Counted from the first letter of the stretch, positions 18,093 through 28,695 are shown. The stretch is 46,381 bases of DNA from Candidatus Poseidoniales archaeon (GCA_028283345.1 JAPOGE010000003.1:1-46381); one strand, 5' to 3'. Made by a program: numbers and translations. The notes: generated from the sequence alone by a model not told the origin.

Positions 18093-20365
18093 TGAGCATC
18101 CCCTCCATCGAATAGTTTCTGTTGCTTGAACAGGTCGGTGGTCTTGTTCATCACCGCTTGGCCGAGATCATCAGCCCCGGTGACGGCAGGGGCGCTTAGG
18201 CTGGGGCTGGCGTTGGTGCTGGCGTCCCCGGGAGGGCTCGACTCCGCCAGCACATCGGCTTCCAGATCGGAATCTATCGGCTCCGGCGGTACATTATCGG
18301 ATTCTGAAATATTCTCTGCATCCACTTCCAAGGGAGCGGATGTGGATGAACCATTCCCAATTGGATTTTCATTTAATTCAATTGGAACATCTTGATCCTC
18401 GGTAGGGGTGATATCAAGACCTCCCCTCTCTTGTTTACGAATCTCCGCGAGAATCTTCTCGTCCAATACACTGGCGCCGATGACATCTCCGGCGCCGCGA
18501 TAGAAGACCTCGGTCTCATTCCAATCCCCCTTATCCAGACCGGTAAGTGAATAGGTGACTTCAGCCCGCATTCCGGGCTCTATGGTCTCTAATTTCCATG
18601 CCCACAAACCCAATGCCTCTTTGCGCCCACCCCGCTCATTGGCAACCATTTCCGCCAACCTCTCGGGCCAACTCACCAGAATGGTGTACGAGCGTGGTCG
18701 CGCGGTGTAATTGTACAGTATTATCGATATGTCGGTCTGCTTGGTCGCCTTATTCCATTCGGTGGTTTCCTGACATATCACGGCATTCATGATTCTGGTA
18801 ATAGCTCCACTTAGGGCTGGGACTGGCTTATTGAGTAGAGCAGCTGATTTCTCGGCTATCGCCGGCAGAATATCGTTTATCAGTTCGAATTTCTCCTTGG
18901 TTTTCGCCATCTTCCTGCGCTTCTCCAGATGACGGCGCAAACCCCTCCCCATCTCCAGGGCCGCCCTGCGGACTTCGCCGAAGACCTCTTCATTGTCGGC
19001 GAGCGCTTCCTTGGCCTCGCTGGTGAATTGAACATAGGTACTGGCGAGATGGATCAGAATGGCCGCCGGGCCTTTTGGAACGCCTTTGCCGCCAGCCTGC
19101 TCAAGGCCATATTGACGCCAATCAACACTCTCAATCGCCTTGGTCAGCAGACAACCACCCTGTTGGTACATCAGCGGAACGCGGTTGGCGAAACGGAGAA
19201 TCTCTACCGGTTTGTCGGCGGGCATCCCACCACCGAAAATCAGTCCGACCTCAACTTGGTAAGGATTTCCCTGGCTGACGACCGGGGGGCGGGTCAAGGT
19301 GGCGATGAAGCGTGAATCAATGGTTTTTGATAGACCCTTTTTAATCAGCATCTCTTCGATAGGCGACAGGCAATTGGTCGGCGGAGGCAGGAGTTTGACC
19401 GGTTTACCCTTGCTGCCGTTGCGCTTCCCATTCATCGCCTCCAACAGTGCTTGTGCATCATCTGGCTTGATTAATTTCGGTTTATTGAACTCTTCCAATT
19501 CGGCCGCGGCAACCAATTCCTTGGCGGCGCGTTTGCTGACCCCACTGAAATTATGGCGCAGGAATGAGGTTAGTTTTCTCTCATCACTAGATTTCAGCAT
19601 CCGCTGTAATTGACCGAGGTGTAACCCACTGGGATGCGGCTTGATGGCATCGACGATGCGTGGCAATTTTTCCGTCACCCGGGGGAAATGGGTGGTTTCA
19701 CCATCCGGGTCGGTGAAGAATATCTCGGCGTGAGGATTGACGATTGAAGTCATCCGCAGGTACTGGTATACAGATTGACGGCCGCGTTGGTACTTGGCTT
19801 TCATTTTGGTGCTTATCCGCACCCCCTGTTCTATCAATTCACCATCCTCATCGGTCCAGGTAATGCGCTCCTGCTTTGTCTTCAGCGCCTTGTTCTTCTG
19901 GGTATCAATGCCGATGTTCACCTGTACAGCGGTCTCCTCAGTGGCGATTTTAGAGATTATCCGGCTCGGTTTTCCGGTCGTTAATTGACCATACATCACC
20001 ACTCCGGTGATGCCGATTCCCTGCTGGCCGCGCGATTGGCGGATTACATGAAAACGACTACCGTACAGTAATTTTCCGAAGACATTCTCCAGTGACTTCA
20101 TCGGGATTCCCGGGCCATTGTCCTGCACTTCGAGAAGAATGATGTCGCGCTTGGCATCGTGTTTTGAAATTTTAATGTTGATGGTCGGCAGGATGCGCGC
20201 CTCTTCACAAGCATCGAGAGCATTGTCGACAGCTTCCTTCACCGCGGTGATGAGCGCCCTGGTGTCGGTGTCGAAGCCGAGAAAGTGTTTATTTTTCTCA
20301 AAGAATTCAGAAATGGCAATCTGCTTATGTGCCGAAGCCATTCTTTCTGCAATGCCCATGTGCAT
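18089..20365 (-). CDS. top6B: DNA topoisomerase VI subunit B with C-terminal extension
   Basis: SEFFEKN, KEAVDNALDA, DNGPGI, QSRGQQGIGI (GHKL), RFANRVPL, FTSEAKE; 4-bp overlap with top6A. Confidence 0.97.
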   Translation of the reverse strand: MHMGIAERMASAHKQIAISEFFEKNKHFLGFDTDTRALITAVKEAVDNALDACEEARILPTINIKISKHDAKRDIILLEVQDNGPGIPMKSLENVFGKLLYGSRFHVIRQSRGQQGIGITGVVMYGQLTTGKPSRIISKIATEETAVQVNIGIDTQKNKALKTKQERITWTDEDGELIEQGVRISTKMKAKYQRGRQSVYQYLRMTSIVNPHAEIFFTDPDGETTHFPRVTEKLPRIVDAIKPHPSGLHLGQLQRMLKSSDERKLTSFLRHNFSGVSKRAAKELVAAAELEEFNKPKLIKPDDAQALLEAMNGKRNGSKGKPVKLLPPPTNCLSPIEEMLIKKGLSKTIDSRFIATLTRPPVVSQGNPYQVEVGLIFGGGMPADKPVEILRFANRVPLMYQQGGCLLTKAIESVDWRQYGLEQAGGKGVPKGPAAILIHLASTYVQFTSEAKEALADNEEVFGEVRRAALEMGRGLRRHLEKRRKMAKTKEKFELINDILPAIAEKSAALLNKPVPALSGAITRIMNAVICQETTEWNKATKQTDISIILYNYTARPRSYTILVSWPERLAEMVANERGGRKEALGLWAWKLETIEPGMRAEVTYSLTGLDKGDWNETEVFYRGAGDVIGASVLDEKILAEIRKQERGGLDITPTEDQDVPIELNENPIGNGSSTSAPLEVDAENISESDNVPPEPIDSDLEADVLAESSPPGDASTNASPSLSAPAVTGADDLGQAVMNKTTDLFKQQKLFDGGDAQ

Positions 20366-20501
20366 TCACTCTCCCGCCTCCGGTCCTCCTGAGTCCTGAT
20401 GACACAGGGCCAGTAAGCGACAAAGGGAGGCGCAGGTCGACGGTTCTAAAGCAATACCCCTTCTATGCAGATAAATCCAAGGTATTGAGTGGTGATGGTT
20501 T

Positions 20502-21212
20502 TCATTCGGCCTCGGTAATCAGACTTTCGAGGTAGGTACGTGAGATTCTATCCATCCAGATGATTCCACCGACCGTGATGACGATGCTGGTTATCATCGT
20601 CGACCACCACAGCGCATCCCGAGGGGGGCCGGTGCCATCACCGATGGCGATGATATCTCCCAAGCGTGAGCCCCACCAGGCATAGAGGATGGTCGGGAAA
20701 ACCGTGGCGACATTGCCGAGGGCATAATCACGAGTTTTCATCTTTGAAGGTCCGAGTGCCCAATTCACCATATTGTATGGTATGACCAAGGATAGGCGAA
20801 TCATGATCGTCACCACCAACCCATGCTCCTCGACAACCTTGTCCAAGGAGACCATCTTCGGGTGTTCAGCCACCCATGATTGCACTTTTTCACTCAGCAG
20901 ATGTCGCCCGATCAGAAATGCGAGCAGAGCCCCTCCCATCGCCCCCAGCCAACCTGCAAACAACCCACCAGTAAAACCGAATAGTGCCCCTGCAACCAAT
21001 TTCATGAACGAGGATGGCACCATCAACGTCGCTAGGATTGTGAACATCAGGGCAAATGACATCGGGCCGGCGAGATAACCCCATTCCCCCATCGGTTGCG
21101 ACCACTTGGCCAGTAATGCGACGACGGGAATCGATATTGCGGTGTAGATGGCGAATAGGATGAGGATTGCCAAGAGCGCAAAACCACGGCCATGCCGTCC
21201 TTGTATCACCAT
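20502..21212 (-). CDS. TVP38/TMEM64 (VTT/DedA-like) membrane protein
   Basis: AGALFG, GA..GALLAFLIGR, IRLSLVIPYNMVNW..G; multiple TM segments. Confidence 0.85.
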   Translation of the reverse strand: MVIQGRHGRGFALLAILILFAIYTAISIPVVALLAKWSQPMGEWGYLAGPMSFALMFTILATLMVPSSFMKLVAGALFGFTGGLFAGWLGAMGGALLAFLIGRHLLSEKVQSWVAEHPKMVSLDKVVEEHGLVVTIMIRLSLVIPYNMVNWALGPSKMKTRDYALGNVATVFPTILYAWWGSRLGDIIAIGDGTGPPRDALWWSTMITSIVITVGGIIWMDRISRTYLESLITEAE

Positions 21213-21217
21213 ACCTC

Positions 21218-23206
21218 TCACTCTTCGAAGATGGTAGGTGCCCATGCGGTGATGCGACCGGTGAAAGCCGAAGCAGCTACGGTGAGCGGGCTGGCGAGAT
21301 ACAACTTCCCAGGTCCTGAGCGGCCTTGGAAATTACGGTTTATCGCCGATACTGTAACTTGGTCAGGCGAGGTCGAGACCCCCGGGCCCGCGCCGATACA
21401 GGCACCGCACCCCGGGTCGATGACGTTTACACCAACCCGGCGAAAGAGAGCATCCCATCCCTGTTCCAGCGCATATTCCTTGACCAGACCACTACCGTAT
21501 TGGATATAGAAATCGACCGCTTCAGCCACGGTCATTCCCGCCGCTTCGGCGGCTGCACATACTTCGGCATAGTAGGCGATGTCGTCGATTTTTCCGGCGG
21601 TGCAGGAGCCACCATAGGCGATATCGATATCGACCGTGCCAATCTCTGATACCAGCGCCCCATTGGTCGGATCACTGGGAATCCCTTCGTCCGGATCACC
21701 CGGGTGGGCTACCATCGGAACGATAGCTGATAGGTCGATGTGGTGGGTTCCGCCATCGTATATTGCCCCTTCATCCGGAGCGACAATCTTCTCCCAGACC
21801 TGACTGGCGGATAATTCCGGGCGCATCATGAGCATCCATTCCACCGTCATCTCATCACCTTCGCAGATGCCGTTACGGGCGCTGCATTCGGTCGCCATAT
21901 TGCAAAGTGTCGCCCGCTCATCCATCGACAGGTAGGCCAATCCCGGCCCACCGTATTCCATCGAGCGGTTCAAGGTCATTTCCTTGCGAGCGTGGTCGGA
22001 GAGAATGTGTAGCATGACGTCTTTGGCAGTACAACCGGGGTGTAATTTCCCAACTAACTCAAAACGGATACTCTCGGGAACTTTGACGAAAGTGAAACCG
22101 GAATAAATCAGACTGGCATATTCTGTCGCCCCGACCCCGTAGGTGAGAGCATTGGATACCCCTCCCATGCAGGTGTGGGAATCAGTGGCTTGGATGAAAT
22201 CTCCGACATCGATGAATTCTTCGCGCGCGACCTGATGGCAGATACCGGGAGATACCCCATTGACCGCTGAATAGTCACGCACTCCGGTATGGCGTTGGAA
22301 TGTGACCTGCAGGTCGCGCAGAGTCTGTACCTTGTCCATATAGGGGAGGAATTTGGGATTATGATGGGCGTACAGCAGATGGTCTTCAAACACCGCGAAT
22401 TTACTCGGCTGGGGAAGGGTGTAATCATCACCATATTCAGCGACTAGGAAATTATGCACCTGAGCGGTGGTGAATTCATGTGAATATCCACCCTGTACCT
22501 TGGCGATGACCGGGTCGTGCGGTCGTACGCAAGAACCCTCTGCCTGGCCGACCAAGTTGTTGGCAATAATCTTCTCAGTCATCGTCATCGGGCGCCACGT
22601 AGCAGATAATTTCGGTACCACGATTTCACCGGCCTGCATCTTCTTGGCGAATGAAAAGAGCCCTCCCGATTCAATTATCAATCTAGTCACCGGGTCGTAG
22701 CGGTCGGTGAATTCATCACGGTTGATGGCCTCACCTGCCTGCAGTCGCAGTAACAGTTCGTGGTCACCCATCAACTGCCCGAGGTTGATGTTATTTCGCT
22801 CGTGGATAGGGGCGAAAGATGCGGCGATGACCAAGCGGATACCCGACCACCGTTCGCACTGTGCCGCGGTCTCACGACTCGAACCGGTGCCCTTGCGGTA
22901 GCCCGAGACAATGCACTCGAAGTCACCCTCTTTGAGCATGTTCTCGCCGATCACCCGCATGCCATGATGCATTAATCCAGCATATGCGTTCTTGGCGATC
23001 TCAGCCGGGTCATGGTCGAAGCAGACCCATGCCGGAGTCATCACGTCGGTGTTGATATCGTCGAGTAAATCGTCGACCGACAAATCTTCCATTCGCAGGT
23101 TCAGGCCATCGTAAACCTGTTTTCTGATCAGTTCAAGGTCCTTGGTCAGGAACAGCACTCTCTTTTCAGGGTGCAGCGCGATTTCCTGTGGTGGCCATCC
23201 AGTCAT
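21218..23206 (-). CDS. Single-chain aconitase/isopropylmalate dehydratase-family hydro-lyase (swivel domain N-terminal)
   Basis: N-terminal DINTD and GTGSSRETA (LeuD-like swivel); then MTMTEKI, DH, GICHQ, TDSHT, GGSCT, PGCGACIG, NRNFQGRSG, LASP (LeuC-like). Confidence 0.9.
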   Translation of the reverse strand: MTGWPPQEIALHPEKRVLFLTKDLELIRKQVYDGLNLRMEDLSVDDLLDDINTDVMTPAWVCFDHDPAEIAKNAYAGLMHHGMRVIGENMLKEGDFECIVSGYRKGTGSSRETAAQCERWSGIRLVIAASFAPIHERNNINLGQLMGDHELLLRLQAGEAINRDEFTDRYDPVTRLIIESGGLFSFAKKMQAGEIVVPKLSATWRPMTMTEKIIANNLVGQAEGSCVRPHDPVIAKVQGGYSHEFTTAQVHNFLVAEYGDDYTLPQPSKFAVFEDHLLYAHHNPKFLPYMDKVQTLRDLQVTFQRHTGVRDYSAVNGVSPGICHQVAREEFIDVGDFIQATDSHTCMGGVSNALTYGVGATEYASLIYSGFTFVKVPESIRFELVGKLHPGCTAKDVMLHILSDHARKEMTLNRSMEYGGPGLAYLSMDERATLCNMATECSARNGICEGDEMTVEWMLMMRPELSASQVWEKIVAPDEGAIYDGGTHHIDLSAIVPMVAHPGDPDEGIPSDPTNGALVSEIGTVDIDIAYGGSCTAGKIDDIAYYAEVCAAAEAAGMTVAEAVDFYIQYGSGLVKEYALEQGWDALFRRVGVNVIDPGCGACIGAGPGVSTSPDQVTVSAINRNFQGRSGPGKLYLASPLTVAASAFTGRITAWAPTIFEE

Positions 23207-23387
23207 GTTTACCCCAAACCGCTCACGTGGTCGAGCATATATGACGGCATCGATAAGGACCGAACAGGGAAAACTTCGTTCCAGAGAAATAAATACCATT
23301 GACAATAACCTCTCAGTGGTGCGATAAACTGAACTGAAGAGGACTGATGTAGGGCGAGAATTATTCCGAATGGTTTAATAATGGTAT

Positions 23388-23430
23388 CTAAACCGCTTAT
23401 AATAACTGGGATGGGTTTTCTCCGGTTTAG
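23388..23430 (+). promoter_or_regulatory. Putative tfb promoter: TATA-like CTTATAAT enclosed by an 8-bp inverted repeat
   Basis: CTAAACCG (23388-23395) and CGGTTTAG (23423-23430) flank CTTATAAT (23396-23403) in an AT-rich divergent intergenic region. Confidence 0.35.
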
Positions 23431-23443
23431 GCGGGTATATATT

Positions 23444-24373
23444 ATGGTAGAAGAACAACAGGTTGAAGATATTGTAAAATGCATAGAGTGCGGCAGTAGA
23501 AACCTGAATCGCGACGAGACCCGCGGCGAAGTGGTCTGTGATGATTGCGGTTTGGTGCTGGAGGACAATGTAATCGACCAAGGCGCCGAGTGGCGAGTAT
23601 TCAGTCCAGAACAGGGCGACCAGAGGGCGCGCACCGGTGCGCCGATGACGGTGATGCTGCACGATAAGGGACTATCCACCGACATCGATTGGCAGAACAA
23701 GGATTATTCTGGAAAGACCATCAACAGCCGTTATCGCAGTCAATTCTACCGCATGCGAAAGTGGCAGAAGCGTAGCCGTGTAAGCAATGCCACCGAAAGG
23801 AATCTGGCGATGGCTCTGGCGGAACTTGATCGGATGGCGAGTCGGCTTGAACTACCGAAATCGGTACGCGAAGCCGCGGCTGTGAATTACAAGAAAGCGG
23901 TGGAGAAGCGCTTGATTCGTGGCCGCTCGATCGAAGGGGTGGCCGCCGCCAGCCTATACGCGGCCTGCCGACAATGCGGGGTGCCAAGAACTCTCGATGA
24001 AATCGGCCAAGCCAGCCGTACCGGACGTAAAGAAATCGGTCGCACCTACCGTTTCATGGTGCGCGAGTTGAAGATGAAGATAATGCCGACAGGACCTGAG
24101 GATTACATCTCGAGATTCTGTTCCGGTCTGGGCTTGGATGCCGAGGTCGAAGCCAAGGCTCACGAGTTGATCAAGGCCGCCCAAGAGCGGGAACTGACCA
24201 GTGGCCGTGGTCCGACTGGAATCGCCGCCTCGATTATTTACATCGCCAGTGTGCTGTGTGGTAAGCGCCGCACCCAGCGAGAGGTTGCGGAAGTGGCAGG
24301 AGTGACCGAGGTCACGATTCGTAATCGTTACAAGGAATTGATTCAAAACTTGAATATCGAACTCGATATTTGA
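23444..24373 (+). CDS. tfb: Transcription initiation factor IIB (TFB)
   Basis: CIECG..CDDCG zinc ribbon, [15 protein letters not shown], two cyclin repeats, [13 protein letters not shown]. Confidence 0.98.
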   Translation: MVEEQQVEDIVKCIECGSRNLNRDETRGEVVCDDCGLVLEDNVIDQGAEWRVFSPEQGDQRARTGAPMTVMLHDKGLSTDIDWQNKDYSGKTINSRYRSQFYRMRKWQKRSRVSNATERNLAMALAELDRMASRLELPKSVREAAAVNYKKAVEKRLIRGRSIEGVAAASLYAACRQCGVPRTLDEIGQASRTGRKEIGRTYRFMVRELKMKIMPTGPEDYISRFCSGLGLDAEVEAKAHELIKAAQERELTSGRGPTGIAASIIYIASVLCGKRRTQREVAEVAGVTEVTIRNRYKELIQNLNIELDI

Positions 24374-24714
24374 GTGATATCGAGGCCAATATAATGGCTG
24401 ATGTAGCTGAGTTGAAAGCGGCACTCATCGCCGCCCTATCCCCTTTGGAGGGAATCACTTGGAAACGAATGTTCGGTTGTGATGCTGTGTTTCACAACGA
24501 CGTGATATTCGCCTTGGTCTGGAAGGAAGGCCGTCTCGGGTTGAAATACACCGAACCAGAGGATTTTGCCGCGCGAATGGTACATTCTGGTAGCGACAGG
24601 TGGAGCCCGGGAGGGAGGACGACCAAACATTGGGTATTGATTCCAAATTTGGTCGCTGAATCAGCATCACAATTGAGCGAATGGTCGAACATCTCCCATT
24701 CTACGGTATTATGA
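24370..24714 (+). CDS. TfoX/Sxy N-terminal-domain family protein
   Basis: KRMFGC.AVF....IFALV...L.LK and W..IP pattern; overlaps the tfb stop (alternative ATG at 24394). Confidence 0.65.
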   Translation: MSDIEANIMADVAELKAALIAALSPLEGITWKRMFGCDAVFHNDVIFALVWKEGRLGLKYTEPEDFAARMVHSGSDRWSPGGRTTKHWVLIPNLVAESASQLSEWSNISHSTVL

Positions 24715-24754
24715 GGCCATGCGCTGAGAGAAACGGTAAAAGAAAACGAGGGAT

Positions 24755-26233
24755 TTGATGAAGGCCAAGAAACGAGTTGTAGAAGCGGTGCTGCAACGCA
24801 CCACTGCAGCCCTAGTTACAGCCATGGAGAGCAGTATTTCTTACTGGCCACTACCGCTACCACCGCGTCAAGACGCCGATTTTCCGACCTTGGTGCCAAG
24901 CCGACCCGAGCAACTGGTAAAGCAGGCTCTCGGCTTATTCCAAGCCGACCGCGGCGGGTTTGAGCGCCATCTCATCTCGACGGTCGAACTGGTCGTCCCG
25001 TATCGGATGGGACTTTCTGAAAATGTATTCGAGGAGCATGAGAAATGGTTGATGCGCAGACTCGATGATGTCAGCGAGCGCATTCTCTTCGCCACCTGTA
25101 CCGCCTGGCTTGCAGAAGCCCTCGACCCGAACACTCCGGATACCGATAAATGGTGGCTTTCGATTTCCCTTCTCTGTGGGTTGGCGAATAAACCGGCCGG
25201 CCAACCGGTGCACCAAGGCTATCATCTGCTCGAGAGTATCGCCCTGGCCGAGCGACCTGGGACCTGGCACACCCAACCGGAAGACGGGCCTCATAACGTT
25301 GGCTGGGATCCACATGCCATCGTTCCCAGAAGTGCCTTGACAGCCCACCATGAAGGGGCTCAGGCGGCGTGCTGGATGCTCGAGAAACTCGAGCAAGGAG
25401 ATACCTTGAGGCGCTTATTATTGATTGAATGGATAATGCTGCTGCTCGAACGACGTGAATTGGTCGAGCCTTTGGCACTCCCTGAAATAATCTTACGAAG
25501 AGCCGCTGACCCGGATGATTCGGTGGCTGCTCGCCTGGTAGCAACCCTGCCACGGCTGTTGGAATCCGACAAAGAATCGGGATTGGCGGCAATCAAGATA
25601 CTCAGTGCTAGAGAAGATGTCTCGGTACAGCGCGCGCTGGCAGATGTTCTGACCCGATTATTCCGGCGAATAGAGTGGGATGCAGTACCTCTTTTGGAAA
25701 AGATGCTTGCCAGTGATGATGAGAACATTCTCGCCGCAGCATCATCTACAGTCGGCGACCTGCGGTTTCTCGATGATACGAGATATGCCGATGAGGTCTC
25801 GAATCTGGCCGATCATCCGGTTCCCATCGTGCGGCGAAATCTGGTTTCAACCCTGCGTTATTACATCACTAATTTTCCCGAGGATGAGCGCCGGGTGATT
25901 TTGAGATTGTGGTTGGATGGTGACGAGGTCGTCGCCGCCCGCCTGCGAGAATTATTCATTCGCATGGAAGAGGTCGACCCCGACAGTTTCGGCCAACAGA
26001 TTTCTCGTATCGATGCCGAGGACAAGTCGGCCCTTGAGTATCTGTGGAAAATATTGGAAATTCGCAATGCCGGGCGCCCACAGGCGTGGATGAAATGGCT
26101 GTCAGGGGAGGGCGAAGTACCGGCCACAACCCCACCGAAGCCGGTGGAACGGGGGCCTCAGACCAATATCGAGGTCGACCTTCCACAATTATCGGACGCT
26201 CTGGATACCCTTGATGGTGGAAATCCCGATTAG
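24755..26233 (+). CDS. Hypothetical protein with HEAT/ARM-like helical repeats
   Basis: Repeated helical units (LRRAADPDDSVAARLV, LSAREDVSVQRALA, MLASDDENILAAA, LADHPVPIVRRNLV). Confidence 0.7.
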   Translation: MMKAKKRVVEAVLQRTTAALVTAMESSISYWPLPLPPRQDADFPTLVPSRPEQLVKQALGLFQADRGGFERHLISTVELVVPYRMGLSENVFEEHEKWLMRRLDDVSERILFATCTAWLAEALDPNTPDTDKWWLSISLLCGLANKPAGQPVHQGYHLLESIALAERPGTWHTQPEDGPHNVGWDPHAIVPRSALTAHHEGAQAACWMLEKLEQGDTLRRLLLIEWIMLLLERRELVEPLALPEIILRRAADPDDSVAARLVATLPRLLESDKESGLAAIKILSAREDVSVQRALADVLTRLFRRIEWDAVPLLEKMLASDDENILAAASSTVGDLRFLDDTRYADEVSNLADHPVPIVRRNLVSTLRYYITNFPEDERRVILRLWLDGDEVVAARLRELFIRMEEVDPDSFGQQISRIDAEDKSALEYLWKILEIRNAGRPQAWMKWLSGEGEVPATTPPKPVERGPQTNIEVDLPQLSDALDTLDGGNPD

Positions 26234-26289
26234 CCCCCCCCTCATGTCAATGTCCGAAAGGTGATAATGGCGCGAGGAATCTGCGCGCC

Positions 26290-28695
26290 ATGCGCCGCTA
26301 CACTGGAGTTGCGACCACACAGGTAATCATCGTCCTGCTCATCCTGCCGAGTTTGGCCTTCACGGTCCTTGCCGATGAGGAGGCGGATACCACATTGGAA
26401 GCGCGTGACATCTCCGCATCATTTTCCGCTGACGAGATGGTTACCCTCACTTGGCGTAACATCAACACCACCGATACAGTCCTGCTCGATGCCCTGCACG
26501 CTGCCACCTACGAGGTTGAGCGATTCGCCATGAACGATACCACCATCGAGCAACTGACGACCATCTCCAGCGGAATTGCCGCGTGCGATGGTGGTGACAA
26601 TAACGCCGCTTGTTCAGCCAAGAACCACAGTCTGTCCTGGGCACCACCCGAAGGTACAGATGGGGATTTCTTCTACCGCATCACAACCCATCAATCCAGT
26701 GGCTCAACCACAACATTCACACCCGGGTTGTCGCAGACTGAAAATCCGCAGTCGGAGTTCACCAGCCCTCATTGGGGACCGGTAAATGTCAGTGCCACCT
26801 ATAACTCCCAGAGCCAGAGCACGACCATCGTCTGGGATAATCTGCCCGGCACCGGCGTCGACCATCAGATCTGGATCTGGCGACACTCTGAACCGGCGAA
26901 TAGAGATAATTGGGATTCTATCAGTAAATCTATAACAAAGATATTACCCACCCCAACCAGTTCCAGTTTTATCAAGAATATCGAGGCTGGAGTGGAGCGC
27001 TCGGTTTACTATTCGGTCACCTATGACAATGGCACCTTCAGCGATGCCAGATTCCTGCGTGATAACACCATGACGGCCCCGGTGTACGAAGATACCATAG
27101 TTCCGGAATTAATCGCCCATCTGACCGCTGACCATGATGTAGGGTCGGGAATCACCTCCTTGAGTTGGGATTCGGGAGCGGCCGAGAGCGGGTTATCGAC
27201 AAATATCTGGCGTGCACCTCGACCGATAACCGATATCGGCGAAAATACAGTAGTTAATGTTGCCACCATCGAAGGGCAATTGACCAGTTATGACCACATC
27301 GTCGGGGAAGGAGAATTGGGTAATTTCTGGTACGCACTCACACTAGAGGATTCGGTGGGCAACCAGATCTCCACCATTTCACCACAACACCCGAACATCG
27401 GGCCGATTTTCGAGAGTACGGTGGGGCTGGTCAGCGCAACCATCCCAGCCAACGTCAGTGCCGTGCAGTCGCTAGGGATGATGACCACGGTCGCATGGGA
27501 AGATGTCGCAATAGTCACCAATGCCATCTACCATATCTGGGCTGCATACGATGGGGCGGTCACCCAAGCAATTCTCGATGAGGGCAATGCGACCTATCTG
27601 GGAAATGTCAGTGCCGGTATCATGTCGTTCAACTCACCGATACCCGGAGGCATCGAGCGCGGGGCCTGGTACGCGGTCACTGTCGAAGGGGCGTGGGGAG
27701 GGGCTGCGGCCACCTACGATAATCACCTGATAATACTCGGGCAGAATTCAATGATCACCCCTCTGGCCGAGGACAATCTGGTGCCGCCTCAAGTCACTGA
27801 CTTCACCGCCACCTTCGATGGCCCCAGTACGACTATTTCGCTGCTCTGGGAAGACGTACCGGCAGCGCAGACATACCAGTTATGGATGCGCACAGGAATC
27901 GGCCTACTCGGCCCCTGGTGGAACATCAGTGAAGATAGCGGCTGGGTGCTTATCGAGACCTATGATGCCACAGGTGGAGAGATTTCAACGAGTATGGTTC
28001 ACGCTGCAGATCAAGGTCAATACGCGTACTTGGCGCTGGTCACCGCCGATGCCGCGGGCAATATCGATTATCACCTCTACGGCGGGGGGCCGGTCGAGGC
28101 TGTCTTCCTGGATTCGAGCCCACCACAAGGGGTCTTTGAGGTATCCGTAAATCAGATATTGTTGCACCGATGGGTCAGCAGTAATGGCTCGATAATCAAC
28201 TTGGGTGAATTTCCTGATGGTGATGATGTTAGTGTTCGCATATCGTCAAATGAGTCCATCTCAGAATCATCTTCTCGTGTCGCGGGAACGACGACTTGGC
28301 AGACTCACAATATCTCAGTCCTGGGAGCCTCACTCTCTCTACCAGGCTCGAATGGTGGACAATCTCTTCATCATTCGCTTGAGATAATGCTGGTCGACGA
28401 CAATAACAATCCTTCGACCTTCACCCTCAATTATTCTTGGGTAATTGCTCAGACCGAGGAAGAATGTCCGCCTCCGGAGGACTATTGTGACAAAGTCTGC
28501 AATGCGCAAACCTTGGACACTGCCCCGGCTGGCTGCTCACCGCCACCCTGCGATTGTGAAGTCATCTCAATGGGTGGCGCGAGTGATTACATCTTCCCGG
28601 GATTCGCCACCGCCATATTGGTATTTGTGATAATATCGACCATGGTTGCCGGGAGAACCACCGAGAACGAGGAAAAAGTGTACGAAGAGGAGTGA
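26290..28695 (+). CDS. Secreted/surface protein with fibronectin-III-like repeats, Cys-rich stalk and PGF-TM anchor
   Basis: Signal peptide; about 5 repeats with W...(Y/I)WR...(Y/W)YA(V/L)T; CPPPEDYC..C...C....CDC; IFPGF followed by a hydrophobic helix. Confidence 0.8.
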   Translation: MRRYTGVATTQVIIVLLILPSLAFTVLADEEADTTLEARDISASFSADEMVTLTWRNINTTDTVLLDALHAATYEVERFAMNDTTIEQLTTISSGIAACDGGDNNAACSAKNHSLSWAPPEGTDGDFFYRITTHQSSGSTTTFTPGLSQTENPQSEFTSPHWGPVNVSATYNSQSQSTTIVWDNLPGTGVDHQIWIWRHSEPANRDNWDSISKSITKILPTPTSSSFIKNIEAGVERSVYYSVTYDNGTFSDARFLRDNTMTAPVYEDTIVPELIAHLTADHDVGSGITSLSWDSGAAESGLSTNIWRAPRPITDIGENTVVNVATIEGQLTSYDHIVGEGELGNFWYALTLEDSVGNQISTISPQHPNIGPIFESTVGLVSATIPANVSAVQSLGMMTTVAWEDVAIVTNAIYHIWAAYDGAVTQAILDEGNATYLGNVSAGIMSFNSPIPGGIERGAWYAVTVEGAWGGAAATYDNHLIILGQNSMITPLAEDNLVPPQVTDFTATFDGPSTTISLLWEDVPAAQTYQLWMRTGIGLLGPWWNISEDSGWVLIETYDATGGEISTSMVHAADQGQYAYLALVTADAAGNIDYHLYGGGPVEAVFLDSSPPQGVFEVSVNQILLHRWVSSNGSIINLGEFPDGDDVSVRISSNESISESSSRVAGTTTWQTHNISVLGASLSLPGSNGGQSLHHSLEIMLVDDNNNPSTFTLNYSWVIAQTEEECPPPEDYCDKVCNAQTLDTAPAGCSPPPCDCEVISMGGASDYIFPGFATAILVFVIISTMVAGRTTENEEKVYEEE

